Source: an uncultured Ruminococcus sp. (GTDB lineage: Bacteria > Bacillota > Clostridia > Oscillospirales > Ruminococcaceae). Taken from it: a stretch of DNA of 64,000 nt. Below are positions 48,945 to 58,876 of this stretch, piece after piece. Where the stretch lies: NCBI GenBank assembly GCA_958428235.1, contig CAUAFG010000003.1:56935-120934 (forward strand). The letters are read 5' to 3'. Within the stretch, counting starts at the first letter, position 1. The number at the start of each line of letters is the position of its first letter. The notes below the pieces were generated by a model. The model did no database searches. It saw only the letters and a program-made list of their open reading frames with translations, and was not told where the DNA came from. The position numbers were made by a program, and so were the translations under genes.

Positions 48945-49292
48945 TCAGCGCAATATCATAATGCCCTTCATATACTTCGATTCGTTGTGGAACTTGTAGA
49001 TGATGTTCTTTTCCTCCTCGGTGCAGCCTATCAGCAGCTTGATCTCGGAATCGCGCTTATTTAAATCGACTATGCACATAACAGCATCTATCCTTTTTTC
49101 GCCTGTTCCCACCCAGATGTCTATCCCCTCGCAGTCCATGGAGGATGTGCTTTTTAGGTATCCGTAATCGACCTGATATATTATAGCGGGATATCTTGGA
49201 TGCGTGCTTCCCTTGGGACGGTCTATTACAATTCCCGAGCCTACGACAAGCTCATCCAGTGCTTGCCAGAATTCATTGTCAAATCTGTTCAT
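48945..49292 (-). CDS. Small protein carrying the family I inorganic pyrophosphatase core signature. It looks truncated and is probably non-canonical.
   Basis: HPRYPAIIYQVDYGYLKSTSSMDCEGIDIWV aligns to YP.NYG(F/Y)IP.T...DGDP.D.LV. Confidence 0.4.
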   Translation of the reverse strand: MNRFDNEFWQALDELVVGSGIVIDRPKGSTHPRYPAIIYQVDYGYLKSTSSMDCEGIDIWVGTGEKRIDAVMCIVDLNKRDSEIKLLIGCTEEEKNIIYKFHNESKYMKGIMILR

Positions 49293-49689
49293 AACGTCCT
49301 GCTGAAGCTGTGCGTCTGCCTAAAGGCAGTATGTTATATCCCGCCCTGCTCAGGCATTTCAACGCCCGTGCTTCGTTCTTTTTCTTTACAAAAATGTAAT
49401 CGGTGTAGAATGTTGAAACCACAAATATGCTGATTTTCTCCTCTGCCAAAAGCGTGGATATTTGCGCAAGTACGCCTATGAGTGATAAATCCAGAACTCC
49501 ATCTATCCGCAAACCACGCCAGCCGTCATCTCGCTCAACAATATTTCTTGGGACATCTACTGTTCTGCATACAAGCGAGATTTCATTCTCTGCATTACCC
49601 ACAAAGCAATATTCCGCTTCGTAATTAACTGTTGATATGTTCGTAAGCTTGCACACCGTGAAATTGCCAGATATTCTCCTTATGTCCAT
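49279..49689 (-). CDS. ACT-domain (ACT_7-like) protein.
   Basis: LSLIGVLAQISTLLAEEKISIFVVSTFYTDYIFVK. 14-nt overlap with the downstream ORF. Confidence 0.5.
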   Translation of the reverse strand: MDIRRISGNFTVCKLTNISTVNYEAEYCFVGNAENEISLVCRTVDVPRNIVERDDGWRGLRIDGVLDLSLIGVLAQISTLLAEEKISIFVVSTFYTDYIFVKKKNEARALKCLSRAGYNILPLGRRTASAGRYEQI

Positions 49690-49873
49690 AGTTGACTCCT
49701 TAATTATTTTTCATTGTTTGACTGTCTCTTATATAAGCCACCAACAAAAGCGGGATTATAACACTAAAAAAATTTATAAAAAAACAGAAAAAATTTTTAA
49801 AAACCTATTGACAAATCAGATTATAAGTATTATAATACATAATCGTGGCACGGATAAATCGTGTCAAGGGGTT

Positions 49874-49949
<76 letters not shown>

Positions 49950-49951
49950 TA

Positions 49952-49985
49952 AAAACGGTGTACTTCGGTGCGCCGTTTTTCTTTT
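49952..49985 (+). terminator. Terminator after the tRNA: a UUCG-tetraloop hairpin plus a T-tract.
   Basis: acggtgtac-ttcg-gtgcgccgt followed by ttttt. Confidence 0.7.
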
Positions 49986-50008
49986 TATGCAATCATCATT
50001 TACAGCTA

Positions 50009-50545
50009 TCATGACCGCAGCTTTTTTGATAAACACAGCACCAAATCATCATCATTGACGCAGTCGGCATAGCATGGGCAGACCTTATCGCGATACCACA
50101 CCCCCGAGCCGTCGGGGATGTATCCGCGCTTGACATACATCCTCTGCGCGCTGCCGTAGCCGCTGTGAAGTCCCACGTCCAGATATACCGTATCGGCGTA
50201 TTGCGAGGCTATCTGCTCGGCGACGTCCATAAGGGCGGTACCTATGCCAAGCCTTCTGAACTTTTCAAGCACTCCCAAATCAACTATTTCGGGATAACCC
50301 ATGCCGCCGAACGCTCCCCACTCGGAGTCGGGGTAGACCGAAATATACCCCGCGATACTTCCCTTATATTCGGCGACAAGTGGGATTGCCTTGCCCTGCT
50401 CCCTGTGCCGAAGCCGCTCATAATGCTTGTCAGCAGACTGCTCCCAGCCCTGAGCGCGCTCCTCGGCGGCAATTATCTCAGCGTCGGAGTTAACCATATC
50501 GCGTATCAGAATATCGTCATTGCTGAAATATACATTTGGTTCCAT
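50009..50545 (-). CDS. GNAT-family N-acetyltransferase.
   Basis: RRLGIGTALMD acetyl-CoA-binding motif. Confidence 0.7.
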   Translation of the reverse strand: MEPNVYFSNDDILIRDMVNSDAEIIAAEERAQGWEQSADKHYERLRHREQGKAIPLVAEYKGSIAGYISVYPDSEWGAFGGMGYPEIVDLGVLEKFRRLGIGTALMDVAEQIASQYADTVYLDVGLHSGYGSAQRMYVKRGYIPDGSGVWYRDKVCPCYADCVNDDDLVLCLSKKLRS

Positions 50546-50582
50546 CTATTTGCCGCCTTTCTGCGCGATTGCACTGCTGTTA

Positions 50583-51758
50583 TTACCTGATTCCTACAGC
50601 TTTAAGAAGCTCCTCGGTCTTGTCTGTTCGCTCCCAGGATGCGTTTATATCCTCCCTGCCCATGTGACCGTATGCAGCCGTCTGACGGTATATTGGGCGT
50701 CTTAAGTCAAGCGAGCTGATAATCGCAGATGGTCTAAGGTCAAATACTCTTCTCACTGCGGCAGTAAGTTCATCGTCGCTTACCTTGCCGGTTCCGAAGG
50801 TGTCGACAAGCAAAGATACAGGGTGCGCCACGCCGATGGCATATGCAAGCTGAATTTCGCACTTATCCGCAAGACCTGCGGCAACTATGTTCTTTGCGAC
50901 ATACCGCGCGGCGTATGCAGCTGAACGGTCAACCTTGGTCGGATCCTTGCCGCTGAAGGCTCCTCCGCCGTGGCGGGAATATCCGCCGTAGGTGTCTACA
51001 ATTATCTTTCTGCCGGTAAGACCGCAGTCGCCCGCGGGTCCGCCGACAACAAACCTGCCGGTCGGGTTGACGTAGTAGACAGTGTTTTCATCCAAAAGCT
51101 CGGCAGGGATTACCGCCATGATGCACTTTTCGATGATATCCTCCCTGATGGTCTCCTGCGAGACTGCCGCGTCGTGCTGGGTAGAGATTACAACCGTATC
51201 CACACGCACCGGCTTGCCGTCCTCATATTCGACCGTAACCTGACTCTTACCGTCGGGGCGGAGATATGAAAGCTCGCCGCTCTTGCGAAGCTCGGAAAGC
51301 TTTTTAGCCAGCTTGTGTGCATAGTATATCGGCATCGGCATAAGGGTTGGAGTTTCGTTGCAGGCATAGCCGAACATCATTCCCTGATCGCCCGCGCCGG
51401 TGTCGAAGGCGTTGTCCGACCTGCCCTCAAGCGAATTATTCACTCCCATAGCTATATCCGGCGACTGCTGATGAATAGAGGTCAGCACCGAGCAGGTCTC
51501 GCAGTCGAAGCCGTACTTAGCCCTGTCGTAGCCGATATCCTTTACAACCCCGCGAACTATGCCGGCTATATCCAAAGACGCCTTGGTGGTTATCTCACCC
51601 AGGCAGAGTATAAGACCGGTTGTACAGGTGGTTTCACACGCCACGCGGGACATTGGGTCCTGCTTAAGGCATTCGTCTAAAACAGCGTCGGAAATCTGGT
51701 CGCAGATTTTATCGGGATGACCCTCTGTTACCGATTCTGATGTAAACAAGCTTTTCAT
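50583..51758 (-). CDS. metK: S-adenosylmethionine synthetase.
   Basis: [24 protein letters not shown] and [19 protein letters not shown]. Confidence 0.95.
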   Translation of the reverse strand: MKSLFTSESVTEGHPDKICDQISDAVLDECLKQDPMSRVACETTCTTGLILCLGEITTKASLDIAGIVRGVVKDIGYDRAKYGFDCETCSVLTSIHQQSPDIAMGVNNSLEGRSDNAFDTGAGDQGMMFGYACNETPTLMPMPIYYAHKLAKKLSELRKSGELSYLRPDGKSQVTVEYEDGKPVRVDTVVISTQHDAAVSQETIREDIIEKCIMAVIPAELLDENTVYYVNPTGRFVVGGPAGDCGLTGRKIIVDTYGGYSRHGGGAFSGKDPTKVDRSAAYAARYVAKNIVAAGLADKCEIQLAYAIGVAHPVSLLVDTFGTGKVSDDELTAAVRRVFDLRPSAIISSLDLRRPIYRQTAAYGHMGREDINASWERTDKTEELLKAVGIR

Positions 51759-51821
51759 TTTTATAGCATTCCTTTCACGTTGACATAATATTACTGATGT
51801 TTTATCGCTGATTAAGCATAC

Positions 51822-51962
51822 AAAAATGCGTCCGGATAGCCGAACGCATGACAAAACAAATATGTTCCTCATCTTTCGGATAAACCGCTGGATTTAGCAC
51901 CTTGAAAACAGGTTGCCGGGCTTCATAGGACCAGATTCCTCCGCCACTCTTGATAAGGTTAT
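51822..51962 (-). ncRNA. SAM-I (S-box) riboswitch with an intrinsic terminator in the metK leader.
   Basis: Minus-strand cttatcaagagtggcggaggaatctggtcctatgaagcccggcaacc...aaggtgctaaatccagcggt...gaaagatgagga. Terminator atgcgttcgg-ctat-ccggacgcat plus ttttt. Confidence 0.9.
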
Positions 51963-52083
51963 ATCGTTTATTATTATACAGCATAGCAATGCGTTTGTCA
52001 ATACATTTTTCGCACATAAAGCAAAGACGCACCGGAAAAATCCGATGCGCTTCGCTATAAAATACATCATTAGGGGGTTGGTA

Positions 52084-52896
52084 TTACTCAGCTTCGCCCT
52101 CGGCAGGAGCTTCTTCACCCTCAGCATTTTCAGCGGGAGCCTCTTCGCCATCAGCGGGAACAGCGTCTGCGGTAGCTGCCTTGTATTCTTCAAGAGTACC
52201 CTTGAACACGCCAACCTCGGTTACGGTAAGACCGTCGAGAGTGGTGTTCCACGAGGAAGCCTTGAAAGCAAACTGGGTAGCGGTATCGTCGGTAATGGTG
52301 TTGTCAACATACTGAACGGTGTACTCGATGATTTCATCGAACTCGCCGCCGAAGAACTTATAGTCAACCTCCATGTTGTGCTGCTCGGAAGCGGTTACCT
52401 CAGCGTCGTCGATAAGCCATGTTCTGAAGTTTCCTACAGATTCGCCCTTGATGTGAACGCAGATGGTATTGCCCATGGTAACGCCCTCAGGAAGCTTAAA
52501 GGAAACCAAGGTAGCGCCGGCGATGGTTACGCCATTGCCCTCAGCCCATGTAAGGGCTGCGTTGTCAGCTTCAATAAGCTCGTTTGAAACCTGTCCTCTG
52601 CCAAAGTTTTCGGTAGTTATGGGAATAGGTGTGAACATATCCGCAACATAAACAGGCTTAGGCTCCGGCTCGGGTTCCGGCTCCGGCTCGGTGGCTTCGG
52701 TGGTTGCCTCGGTAGTTGCTACTGTGGTAGCCTCGGTTACCGGTTCGGTAGCTTCGGTTACCGGCTCGGTGGCTTGGGTATCGTCAGGCTTGACGTCTGC
52801 ATTGTCGTTGGCATTGTCGCCGCAGGCTGCCAATGAAAGCACCATCACGAGCGCCAACAATACTGCTAATAATCTTTTCATCTTTAATTCCTCCAA
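52084..52896 (-). CDS. Lipoprotein of unknown function with Thr/Glu/Pro-rich linkers.
   Basis: MKRLLAVLLALVMVLSLAACGDN. TEPVTEATEPVTEATT...EPEPEPEPEPKP. Confidence 0.75.
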   Translation of the reverse strand: MEELKMKRLLAVLLALVMVLSLAACGDNANDNADVKPDDTQATEPVTEATEPVTEATTVATTEATTEATEPEPEPEPEPKPVYVADMFTPIPITTENFGRGQVSNELIEADNAALTWAEGNGVTIAGATLVSFKLPEGVTMGNTICVHIKGESVGNFRTWLIDDAEVTASEQHNMEVDYKFFGGEFDEIIEYTVQYVDNTITDDTATQFAFKASSWNTTLDGLTVTEVGVFKGTLEEYKAATADAVPADGEEAPAENAEGEEAPAEGEAE

Positions 52897-53061
52897 ATAA
52901 ATTTGGTAAGCTTCGGAATATTATACAGTATAGCATTCCATACTTACAAGCATATTGTAACATATCAGAATTATAAAATCAATTAAATTTCTAAAATATA
53001 ATAGCCATTTTTTCAAAAAGTTCAGACATTGGTTATAATCCCTAACTTGCCATCTGCGGTC

Positions 53062-54600
53062 TTAAACCGCATAGAATCCTGCTGAGCAGGCAGGAACGGA
53101 TATTCTGCCGCCCTTTGAGGATATCTCACCGCCGAAGCTGTAAACCGTTTCCTTCGGGATATATCCGCACTCAAACTCGCACGGCTTGCCGGAGGGATTT
53201 ATAACCACAAGTATTCTTTCCCCACCGCCGGTTCGCAGATATGCCAGCGGGTAGGAGTTCATTTCGGCATACACAAACTCGATTTCACCGTTGGACATAA
53301 GTGCTTCGTGCTGCTTGCGAATGGTTATCTGCTTTCTGACCTCATTATACAGCGATGAGCCGTCCTGCATTTGTGAAGCGACCGTCGGAGCGTCGGCGCA
53401 GCCGTCCTGCCTGATATACAGGCTTTCGGCAGGAGCCGAGCTGAAGCCGTAGTTCACCGACGAATCCCACTGCATAGGTGAGCGCGAGCCGGTTCTGCCG
53501 TAGCCGCCCTCTACAGATACGTGGTTCTCGATATATCTCATACCAATTTCGTCACCGTAATAGATAAACGGCGCGCCTGGCATCGACATAAGAAATGCAA
53601 ACGCTATTTTAAGCTCGTCGCCGTGCAAAGTCCGTGCAAGTCTGTCCATATCGTGGTTGCCTGAGGGGATGCAGATAAGCCCCTTTTTCTCGCTCTTGGC
53701 ATAATTCTCGATATATTTGGAGACAAACTCGGAAACGTCGCCCTTGCCGCGTGATGAAAAGAAAGGCTCAGCGCAGCGGAAAAGGTCGTTATAATGTGAG
53801 GGACCAAAGTGCAGTAAAAAGTCCATGTGGAATCCGCCCTGCAAGGATTTATCAGGCTCGCCCCATTCCGAAACCATTGCCGCTTCGGGAAACTCGCGGT
53901 TCAGAAATTCTCTCACGTTCTGCCAGAGCTTTATTGTTCCCTTGCCGTCTTCATCGTGCTTTACAAGCGAGCCTGCCATGTCCACGCGGAAGCCGTCGCA
54001 GCCCATTTTCAGCCAGAACCGCATAATGTTTTTAAGCTCCTCTAAAGTCGCCTTTGGTCCTTCGTCGTCCGGCGACTGCTGCCAAGGTCTGTCACACTTA
54101 TAAAAGCCGTAATTAAGGGCAGGCTGATGTGAGAAGAAGTTGACCGCACACACACCGTCTCTGTCAGAGATTCCCTTTATCGAGCCCATTCCGGCGGGCT
54201 CCTCCCAGATGCTGTCCGTCCAGACATAGCGGTCGGTGTACTCGTTCCTTTCCGCCTTCATAGACTCTCTGAACCACTTATGGTCAACCGAGGTGTGCCC
54301 CGGGACAAGATCTAAAAGAATGTGCATATCCCGCTTGTGGACTTCTTTGAACAGCCTTTTCAGGTCTTCGTTGCTGCCGTATCTGGGAGCTGCCTTGTAG
54401 TAATCCGAGACGTCATATCCCGCATCACCGAACGGAGACTCAAAGCAGGGGTTCATCCAGATTGCGTTGCAGCCAAGCTCTTTTATGTAGTCAAGGCTTT
54501 GTATAATACCCTCAAAGTCGCCGATACCGTCGGCGTTGGTGTCCTTAAAGGACTGCGGATAAATCTCGTAAAAAACAGCGTTGTCTAACCACTTTGGCAT
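53062..54600 (-). CDS. GH13 alpha-glucosidase (oligo-1,6-glucosidase/trehalose-6-P hydrolase-like).
   Basis: MPKWLDNAVFYEIYPQSFKDTNADGIGD, GFRVDMAG and EWGE. Confidence 0.85.
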   Translation of the reverse strand: MPKWLDNAVFYEIYPQSFKDTNADGIGDFEGIIQSLDYIKELGCNAIWMNPCFESPFGDAGYDVSDYYKAAPRYGSNEDLKRLFKEVHKRDMHILLDLVPGHTSVDHKWFRESMKAERNEYTDRYVWTDSIWEEPAGMGSIKGISDRDGVCAVNFFSHQPALNYGFYKCDRPWQQSPDDEGPKATLEELKNIMRFWLKMGCDGFRVDMAGSLVKHDEDGKGTIKLWQNVREFLNREFPEAAMVSEWGEPDKSLQGGFHMDFLLHFGPSHYNDLFRCAEPFFSSRGKGDVSEFVSKYIENYAKSEKKGLICIPSGNHDMDRLARTLHGDELKIAFAFLMSMPGAPFIYYGDEIGMRYIENHVSVEGGYGRTGSRSPMQWDSSVNYGFSSAPAESLYIRQDGCADAPTVASQMQDGSSLYNEVRKQITIRKQHEALMSNGEIEFVYAEMNSYPLAYLRTGGGERILVVINPSGKPCEFECGYIPKETVYSFGGEISSKGGRISVPACSAGFYAV

Positions 54601-54614
54601 AGCTTTGTCTCCTT

Positions 54615-56636
54615 TTATTTCTGTGATGATTTGTAAAGACTTATCTCCGCGATGTTGCAAAGGTGCTCGCCTCCGCCTGTCGGGACATCATAGCGCAGAT
54701 ATCTGAAATTATAAGCTTTATCTAAGAATACATAGTTGAAGCCGGATGTCGGAGCAGACGTCACCTCGTAAAGCTCCGTCCACTTTTTACCGTTCTTCGA
54801 GCCGTAGAACTTACCGCCGGTCATTCTGCCCTCAAAGCCGGTGCGCGGCGCATAGGCGATAACGTCAAACTCGGCAGTGTTGCCCCTGTCGATTTCCAGC
54901 CAGCCATCCTCAACGCCGTCGAAGAAGGTCAGAGTGTCGCCGTCAACCGCCTTGTCGGCAGTGTCCGCGCCGTTGTTCCAAGGAGTCGAGCCGGTTACGG
55001 TGGGATTATCCATCGGGACAGCTTCAAGGCTGATATCGCCCATCTCCACACCGCCGACAACATAGGTCGTGACGGACTGCGGCGCAAGCTCTGCTACAAA
55101 GCCCTTGCCGTAGGTGTAGATGTCGTCAAGTTCCTGCCAATGCTCGCCCTGCTCCATCGTTCCGCTCGTGCGGTAAGCCCTGACGGTATCGCCCACCGTC
55201 TTCATCTGCGAAAGGCTGATGTTGGCGTTTTTAGGCTTATCCGACTTGTTCATAACCACTATTGAAAGCTCCTTGGTTTCGGGATTATACGCCGCAAGCG
55301 AATCCCCGCCGCAGTGGATAATGGTAGAGCCGGGACGGATAAATCGTGAAAACTGACCAAAGGCATAGTACTTTTGGGTGAGGATTACATCTTTATTGTC
55401 GTGGTCGCACACAGCCGTTCCCCAGAAGCCGGCGGTAATGTCTATCATGCCCGAATCCTGCTTGCCGTTGTAGCCGTCCTTACTGATGTGCTTGTCGATT
55501 ACCTGCCACAGCACCCATGCCGACGGCGAAAGCGCATTTATATCCGAGATTATCTTTTCGCTCAGCCAAAGTGCGGGACCCATTTCGCCATCGCAGACGG
55601 TGCCGTTGCCGTCAACCTCGCTCATCCACATATTAAAGCCTTCATCGCGGGCAAGCTGACCCAGCTCGCCTATTCTGGTCGGGTTATAGGTATGAGTGTT
55701 TATCCTGCCGATGGAAGCCTTTGCCTTATCGGAATAGCTCAGATACTCGTTGATTTGCAGCTCGGTGCTGGTTTCGTCGCTGGCGGAAACTATGACGTTG
55801 CCGAGGTCGTAGTTTTTCAGAGCGTCGTATGTAAGCTCGATGATATCCGACTGGCTCTTGCCCGCGTCGAAGTGGCAGCCCTCCTGCTTGTTGCTGCCGT
55901 ACCACCAGAAGTTGGTGTTGGGCTCGTTCATCGGGGCAACGCTTGCAACGGTTATATCAAGCTTGTTTTGAATATAATCGGTGACGTGCGCAAGATACTC
56001 CGCAAAGTCCTTGTAGCAATCGTCCTTAAGATTGTTGACGTTGCCGTCCCGCCCGCCGGAGGAGCATCCGCTGACCGTCATAAAGTAGGGCGGAGAGTTG
56101 GAAAAGACCTCAACCAAAGCGTTATCCCCTGCCGCCTTATAGGCACGCTTTAAGACGTTGAGCTGGTTTTTGTCAGCCTTGTAATCATACTCGTATTTCT
56201 GCTTTTTTTCGTTCCAATAGAGCCACCCGGGAACCTCGGAGTCGGTTCTTGTTATATGATTGTGCTCAGGATCGTCACCGCCGCCGATGTTATAGCGCAT
56301 GATGTTGAGGCGCAGACCGTCCTCCCCGAAGAAAAGGTCAGCCGTCAGCTGAGCAAGCTTGTCGGAATAGCCGACTCGGTTTGCCCACCAGCAAAGGCTT
56401 GTTCCCCAGCCCTCAAATTTTCCGCCGTTCATCACGGAAGCGTTCAGCGGAGAAACGCTTATGGTTGTATCAATATTCACGTCTTCAGGCTTCACAATGT
56501 TTCTCTCCTCCATCGGCACGCTTTCGGGTGTTTTTTCGTTTTTGTTATTGCTGTCCTTCGCGCCGCAGCCGCTTGCCGAAATAAGCATACACGCGCAGAG
56601 TGCCAAGGAAACCGCTCTTTTAAATATCTGTTTCAT
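54615..56636 (-). CDS. Secreted clan GH-A glycoside hydrolase lipoprotein (GH30-like) with a C-terminal F5/8-type C (discoidin/CBM32-like) domain.
   Basis: Lipobox LISASGCG. NEP catalytic motif VAPMNEPNTNFW. C-terminal ...FRYLRYDVP...CNIAEISLY. Confidence 0.6.
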   Translation of the reverse strand: MKQIFKRAVSLALCACMLISASGCGAKDSNNKNEKTPESVPMEERNIVKPEDVNIDTTISVSPLNASVMNGGKFEGWGTSLCWWANRVGYSDKLAQLTADLFFGEDGLRLNIMRYNIGGGDDPEHNHITRTDSEVPGWLYWNEKKQKYEYDYKADKNQLNVLKRAYKAAGDNALVEVFSNSPPYFMTVSGCSSGGRDGNVNNLKDDCYKDFAEYLAHVTDYIQNKLDITVASVAPMNEPNTNFWWYGSNKQEGCHFDAGKSQSDIIELTYDALKNYDLGNVIVSASDETSTELQINEYLSYSDKAKASIGRINTHTYNPTRIGELGQLARDEGFNMWMSEVDGNGTVCDGEMGPALWLSEKIISDINALSPSAWVLWQVIDKHISKDGYNGKQDSGMIDITAGFWGTAVCDHDNKDVILTQKYYAFGQFSRFIRPGSTIIHCGGDSLAAYNPETKELSIVVMNKSDKPKNANISLSQMKTVGDTVRAYRTSGTMEQGEHWQELDDIYTYGKGFVAELAPQSVTTYVVGGVEMGDISLEAVPMDNPTVTGSTPWNNGADTADKAVDGDTLTFFDGVEDGWLEIDRGNTAEFDVIAYAPRTGFEGRMTGGKFYGSKNGKKWTELYEVTSAPTSGFNYVFLDKAYNFRYLRYDVPTGGGEHLCNIAEISLYKSSQK

Positions 56637-56702
56637 AATCCCTCCAAGTTTAATTATTTTGTATAATTATAGCATTATGGAAGGCAAATATCAAGAGACT
56701 AT

Positions 56703-56736
56703 ATAAAAACAGCAGAATATATCAACCTCTGCTGTT
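56703..56736 (-). terminator. Terminator of the ribU-like gene.
   Basis: aacagcag-a...t-ctgctgtt hairpin with an A5/T-tract. Confidence 0.6.
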
Positions 56737-56757
56737 TAATATGTTCATATAATTTAT

Positions 56758-57399
56758 CTATCTGTGATACAGCCTGCTTATCGGCTTATAAACGATATAG
56801 CAAAGGAAAGCTTCAAGAATGCCCTTGCAGAATGTGAATGTCACGTTGAATATAAGCAAGCAGTTGAAAAGCGCGTTATCAGTGGGAGTAGAAGCCGCCG
56901 CCGGAAGAATCGCCTTGTACATCTCTATGATAGAATCAAGTGGGAGCTTGTATATAACCACATAGGCAGGATATACAAAGAAGTAGTTGAGCGGCAGGCT
57001 GACTACAGACATCAGCAAGGCTCCGCAAAGGCTTGCGATTATCGCGCCGGTTCTGGTGTGCTTGAATTTATATATCAGACCTGCCGAAAAGACGAACACC
57101 GCTCCCAAAAGGAAGTTGCACAGCTCGCCCACTCCCATTGACGTTCCGAAGGGAATGTGAATCAGATTTTTGATAAACTCAATAGCTATCCCCCACGTAG
57201 GACCCAGCACAAAGGTTCCTATCAGCGCGGGGATGTCGGAAACGTCCAGCTTCACAAATGAAGGTATTATCGGCAGTGAGAACTCTAAAAACTGCAAAAC
57301 GAATGCCACAGCCGAAAGCATGGCACAGGCGGATATTGAGCGAATCGAGATTTTTTCGGTTTTACGGTCGTTTATACGGTCGTTTTTACGACTAGTCAT
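56758..57399 (-). CDS. ribU: ECF-transporter S component, probably the riboflavin transporter RibU.
   Basis: Six-TM ECF S-component profile. Directly preceded by an FMN riboswitch. AAAGGAG RBS before MTSRKND. Confidence 0.75.
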   Translation of the reverse strand: MTSRKNDRINDRKTEKISIRSISACAMLSAVAFVLQFLEFSLPIIPSFVKLDVSDIPALIGTFVLGPTWGIAIEFIKNLIHIPFGTSMGVGELCNFLLGAVFVFSAGLIYKFKHTRTGAIIASLCGALLMSVVSLPLNYFFVYPAYVVIYKLPLDSIIEMYKAILPAAASTPTDNALFNCLLIFNVTFTFCKGILEAFLCYIVYKPISRLYHR

Positions 57400-57420
57400 A
57401 TCAAATACTCCTTTACAAAT

Positions 57421-57625
57421 GAAAAAGCCCGAAGCAATTGCTTCGGGCTGCATGCGCATAATCGCACAAATGCCTTGAACTCGGCGATTTATACGCCAAA
57501 TTCAATCTTCTCCCATCCAGACTTTAACTGTCGGTTCCGGAATTGCACCGGTATCAAAAACAAATCATTGTTCGTCGCGGACTATACCGCCGATCGGGAA
57601 TTTCACCCTACCCCGAAGATAAATA
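57421..57625 (-). ncRNA. FMN riboswitch (RFN element) with a terminator.
   Basis: Minus-strand tcttcggggtagggtgaaattcccgatcggcggtatagtccgcgacg...ccggtgcaattccggaaccgacagttaaagtctggatgggagaagattg. Terminator agcccgaagcaattgcttcgggct plus ttttt. Confidence 0.9.
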
Positions 57626-57644
57626 TAAAATTTTGATAAGACGA

Positions 57645-58094
57645 TTACTCCTCGTCGCCTTCAATGCTTTCGATATCGAATTCCAGATGCTCACCGCAGT
57701 TGGGACATTCGATAGAACCTTCGTTTACCATTTCCTCGGTAAGCTCGATGGTGTCGCCGCAGTTGGGGCATACAGTCTCAAACTCGCAGCAGTCGTCGTC
57801 ATCGCAGCAATCACAATCGCAGTCGCAATCATCATCGCAGCAGCAATCGTCGTCTTCGTCGTCCTCATCGTCTTCACCGTAAAGGTCTTCCTCGATGTCT
57901 GAAACGTCCTCGTCGATGGTTTCGCAGAACTCAACGATATCATCAACATCTGAGTCGATGGTGTCAACGGTGGTGCATATCTCCTCTAAAAGCTCCTGCA
58001 TTGCCTTTAAAACTCTGCCGGTAGGCTCGGAAGCGTCGATATTAAGACCGTCCATAAGACCCTTAAGATACTGCGCTTTTTCGGATAGAATCAT
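57645..58094 (-). CDS. Acidic Asp/Cys-rich protein with a C-terminal CxxC...CxxC zinc ribbon, unknown function, co-oriented directly downstream of efp.
   Basis: AAAGGAGA 7 nt before MILSEKAQYLKGL. ...EDDEDDEDDDCCCDDDCDCDCDCCDDDDCCEFETVCPNCGDTIELTEEMVNEGSIECPNCGEHLEF. Confidence 0.7.
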   Translation of the reverse strand: MILSEKAQYLKGLMDGLNIDASEPTGRVLKAMQELLEEICTTVDTIDSDVDDIVEFCETIDEDVSDIEEDLYGEDDEDDEDDDCCCDDDCDCDCDCCDDDDCCEFETVCPNCGDTIELTEEMVNEGSIECPNCGEHLEFDIESIEGDEE

Positions 58095-58122
58095 AATGTT
58101 TCTCCTTTCAGGATAAAACCTA

Positions 58123-58683
58123 TCAGTTAGATCTCTGCATATACTCGCCGGTTCTGGTGTCGATTCTGATAACATCGCCTTCGTTGATGAACAGCGGAAC
58201 CTTTATCTCAGCGCCGGTTTCGAGGGTTGCGGGCTTGGTTGCATTGGTTGCGGTGTTGCCTGCAAAGCCGGGGTCGGTCTGAGTAACGGTAAGGTCCACA
58301 AAGAAGGGAGGCTCAACGCCGAATACCTTGCCCTTATAGGAAAGGATGGTGCAGACCATGTTTTCCTTAACGAACTTGAAGTTGTCTCCAACGTCGTTAG
58401 GGCTTACGGGAATCTGCTCGTAGGTTTCGGAATCCATGAAGTAGTAAAGCTCGCCGTCGGTGTAGGAATACTCCATATCTCTTCTTTCAATAAAGGCTGT
58501 GGGGAATTTTGCGGTGGGGTTGTAGGACTTTTCAACAACAGAGCCTGTTAAAACGTTCTTGGTCTTGGTTCTTACAAACGCTGCTCCCTTACCGGGCTTA
58601 ACGTGCTGGAACTCGATAACCTGCATTACGTTGCCGTCCTCTTCAAATGTTACACCGTTTCTGAAATCACCTGCTGTGATCAT
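58123..58683 (-). CDS. efp: Elongation factor P.
   Basis: [19 protein letters not shown]. Confidence 0.95.
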   Translation of the reverse strand: MITAGDFRNGVTFEEDGNVMQVIEFQHVKPGKGAAFVRTKTKNVLTGSVVEKSYNPTAKFPTAFIERRDMEYSYTDGELYYFMDSETYEQIPVSPNDVGDNFKFVKENMVCTILSYKGKVFGVEPPFFVDLTVTQTDPGFAGNTATNATKPATLETGAEIKVPLFINEGDVIRIDTRTGEYMQRSN

Positions 58684-58876
58684 AAAATTGTGTCCTCCGT
58701 TTCTTTAGGGCAGCTTAATATATGATCCGCCCATTTCAAATTTATTAGTTTTTTTGCCGCAGAGCTTATACCTGCGGAAGATTACATTCTATTGTAACCT
58801 AAAATCGAAAATAATGCAAGGGGTTTTAGCAAAGAAATGAATTTTTTATGCTATTTTTTATTCCTTATTCAAAAAA

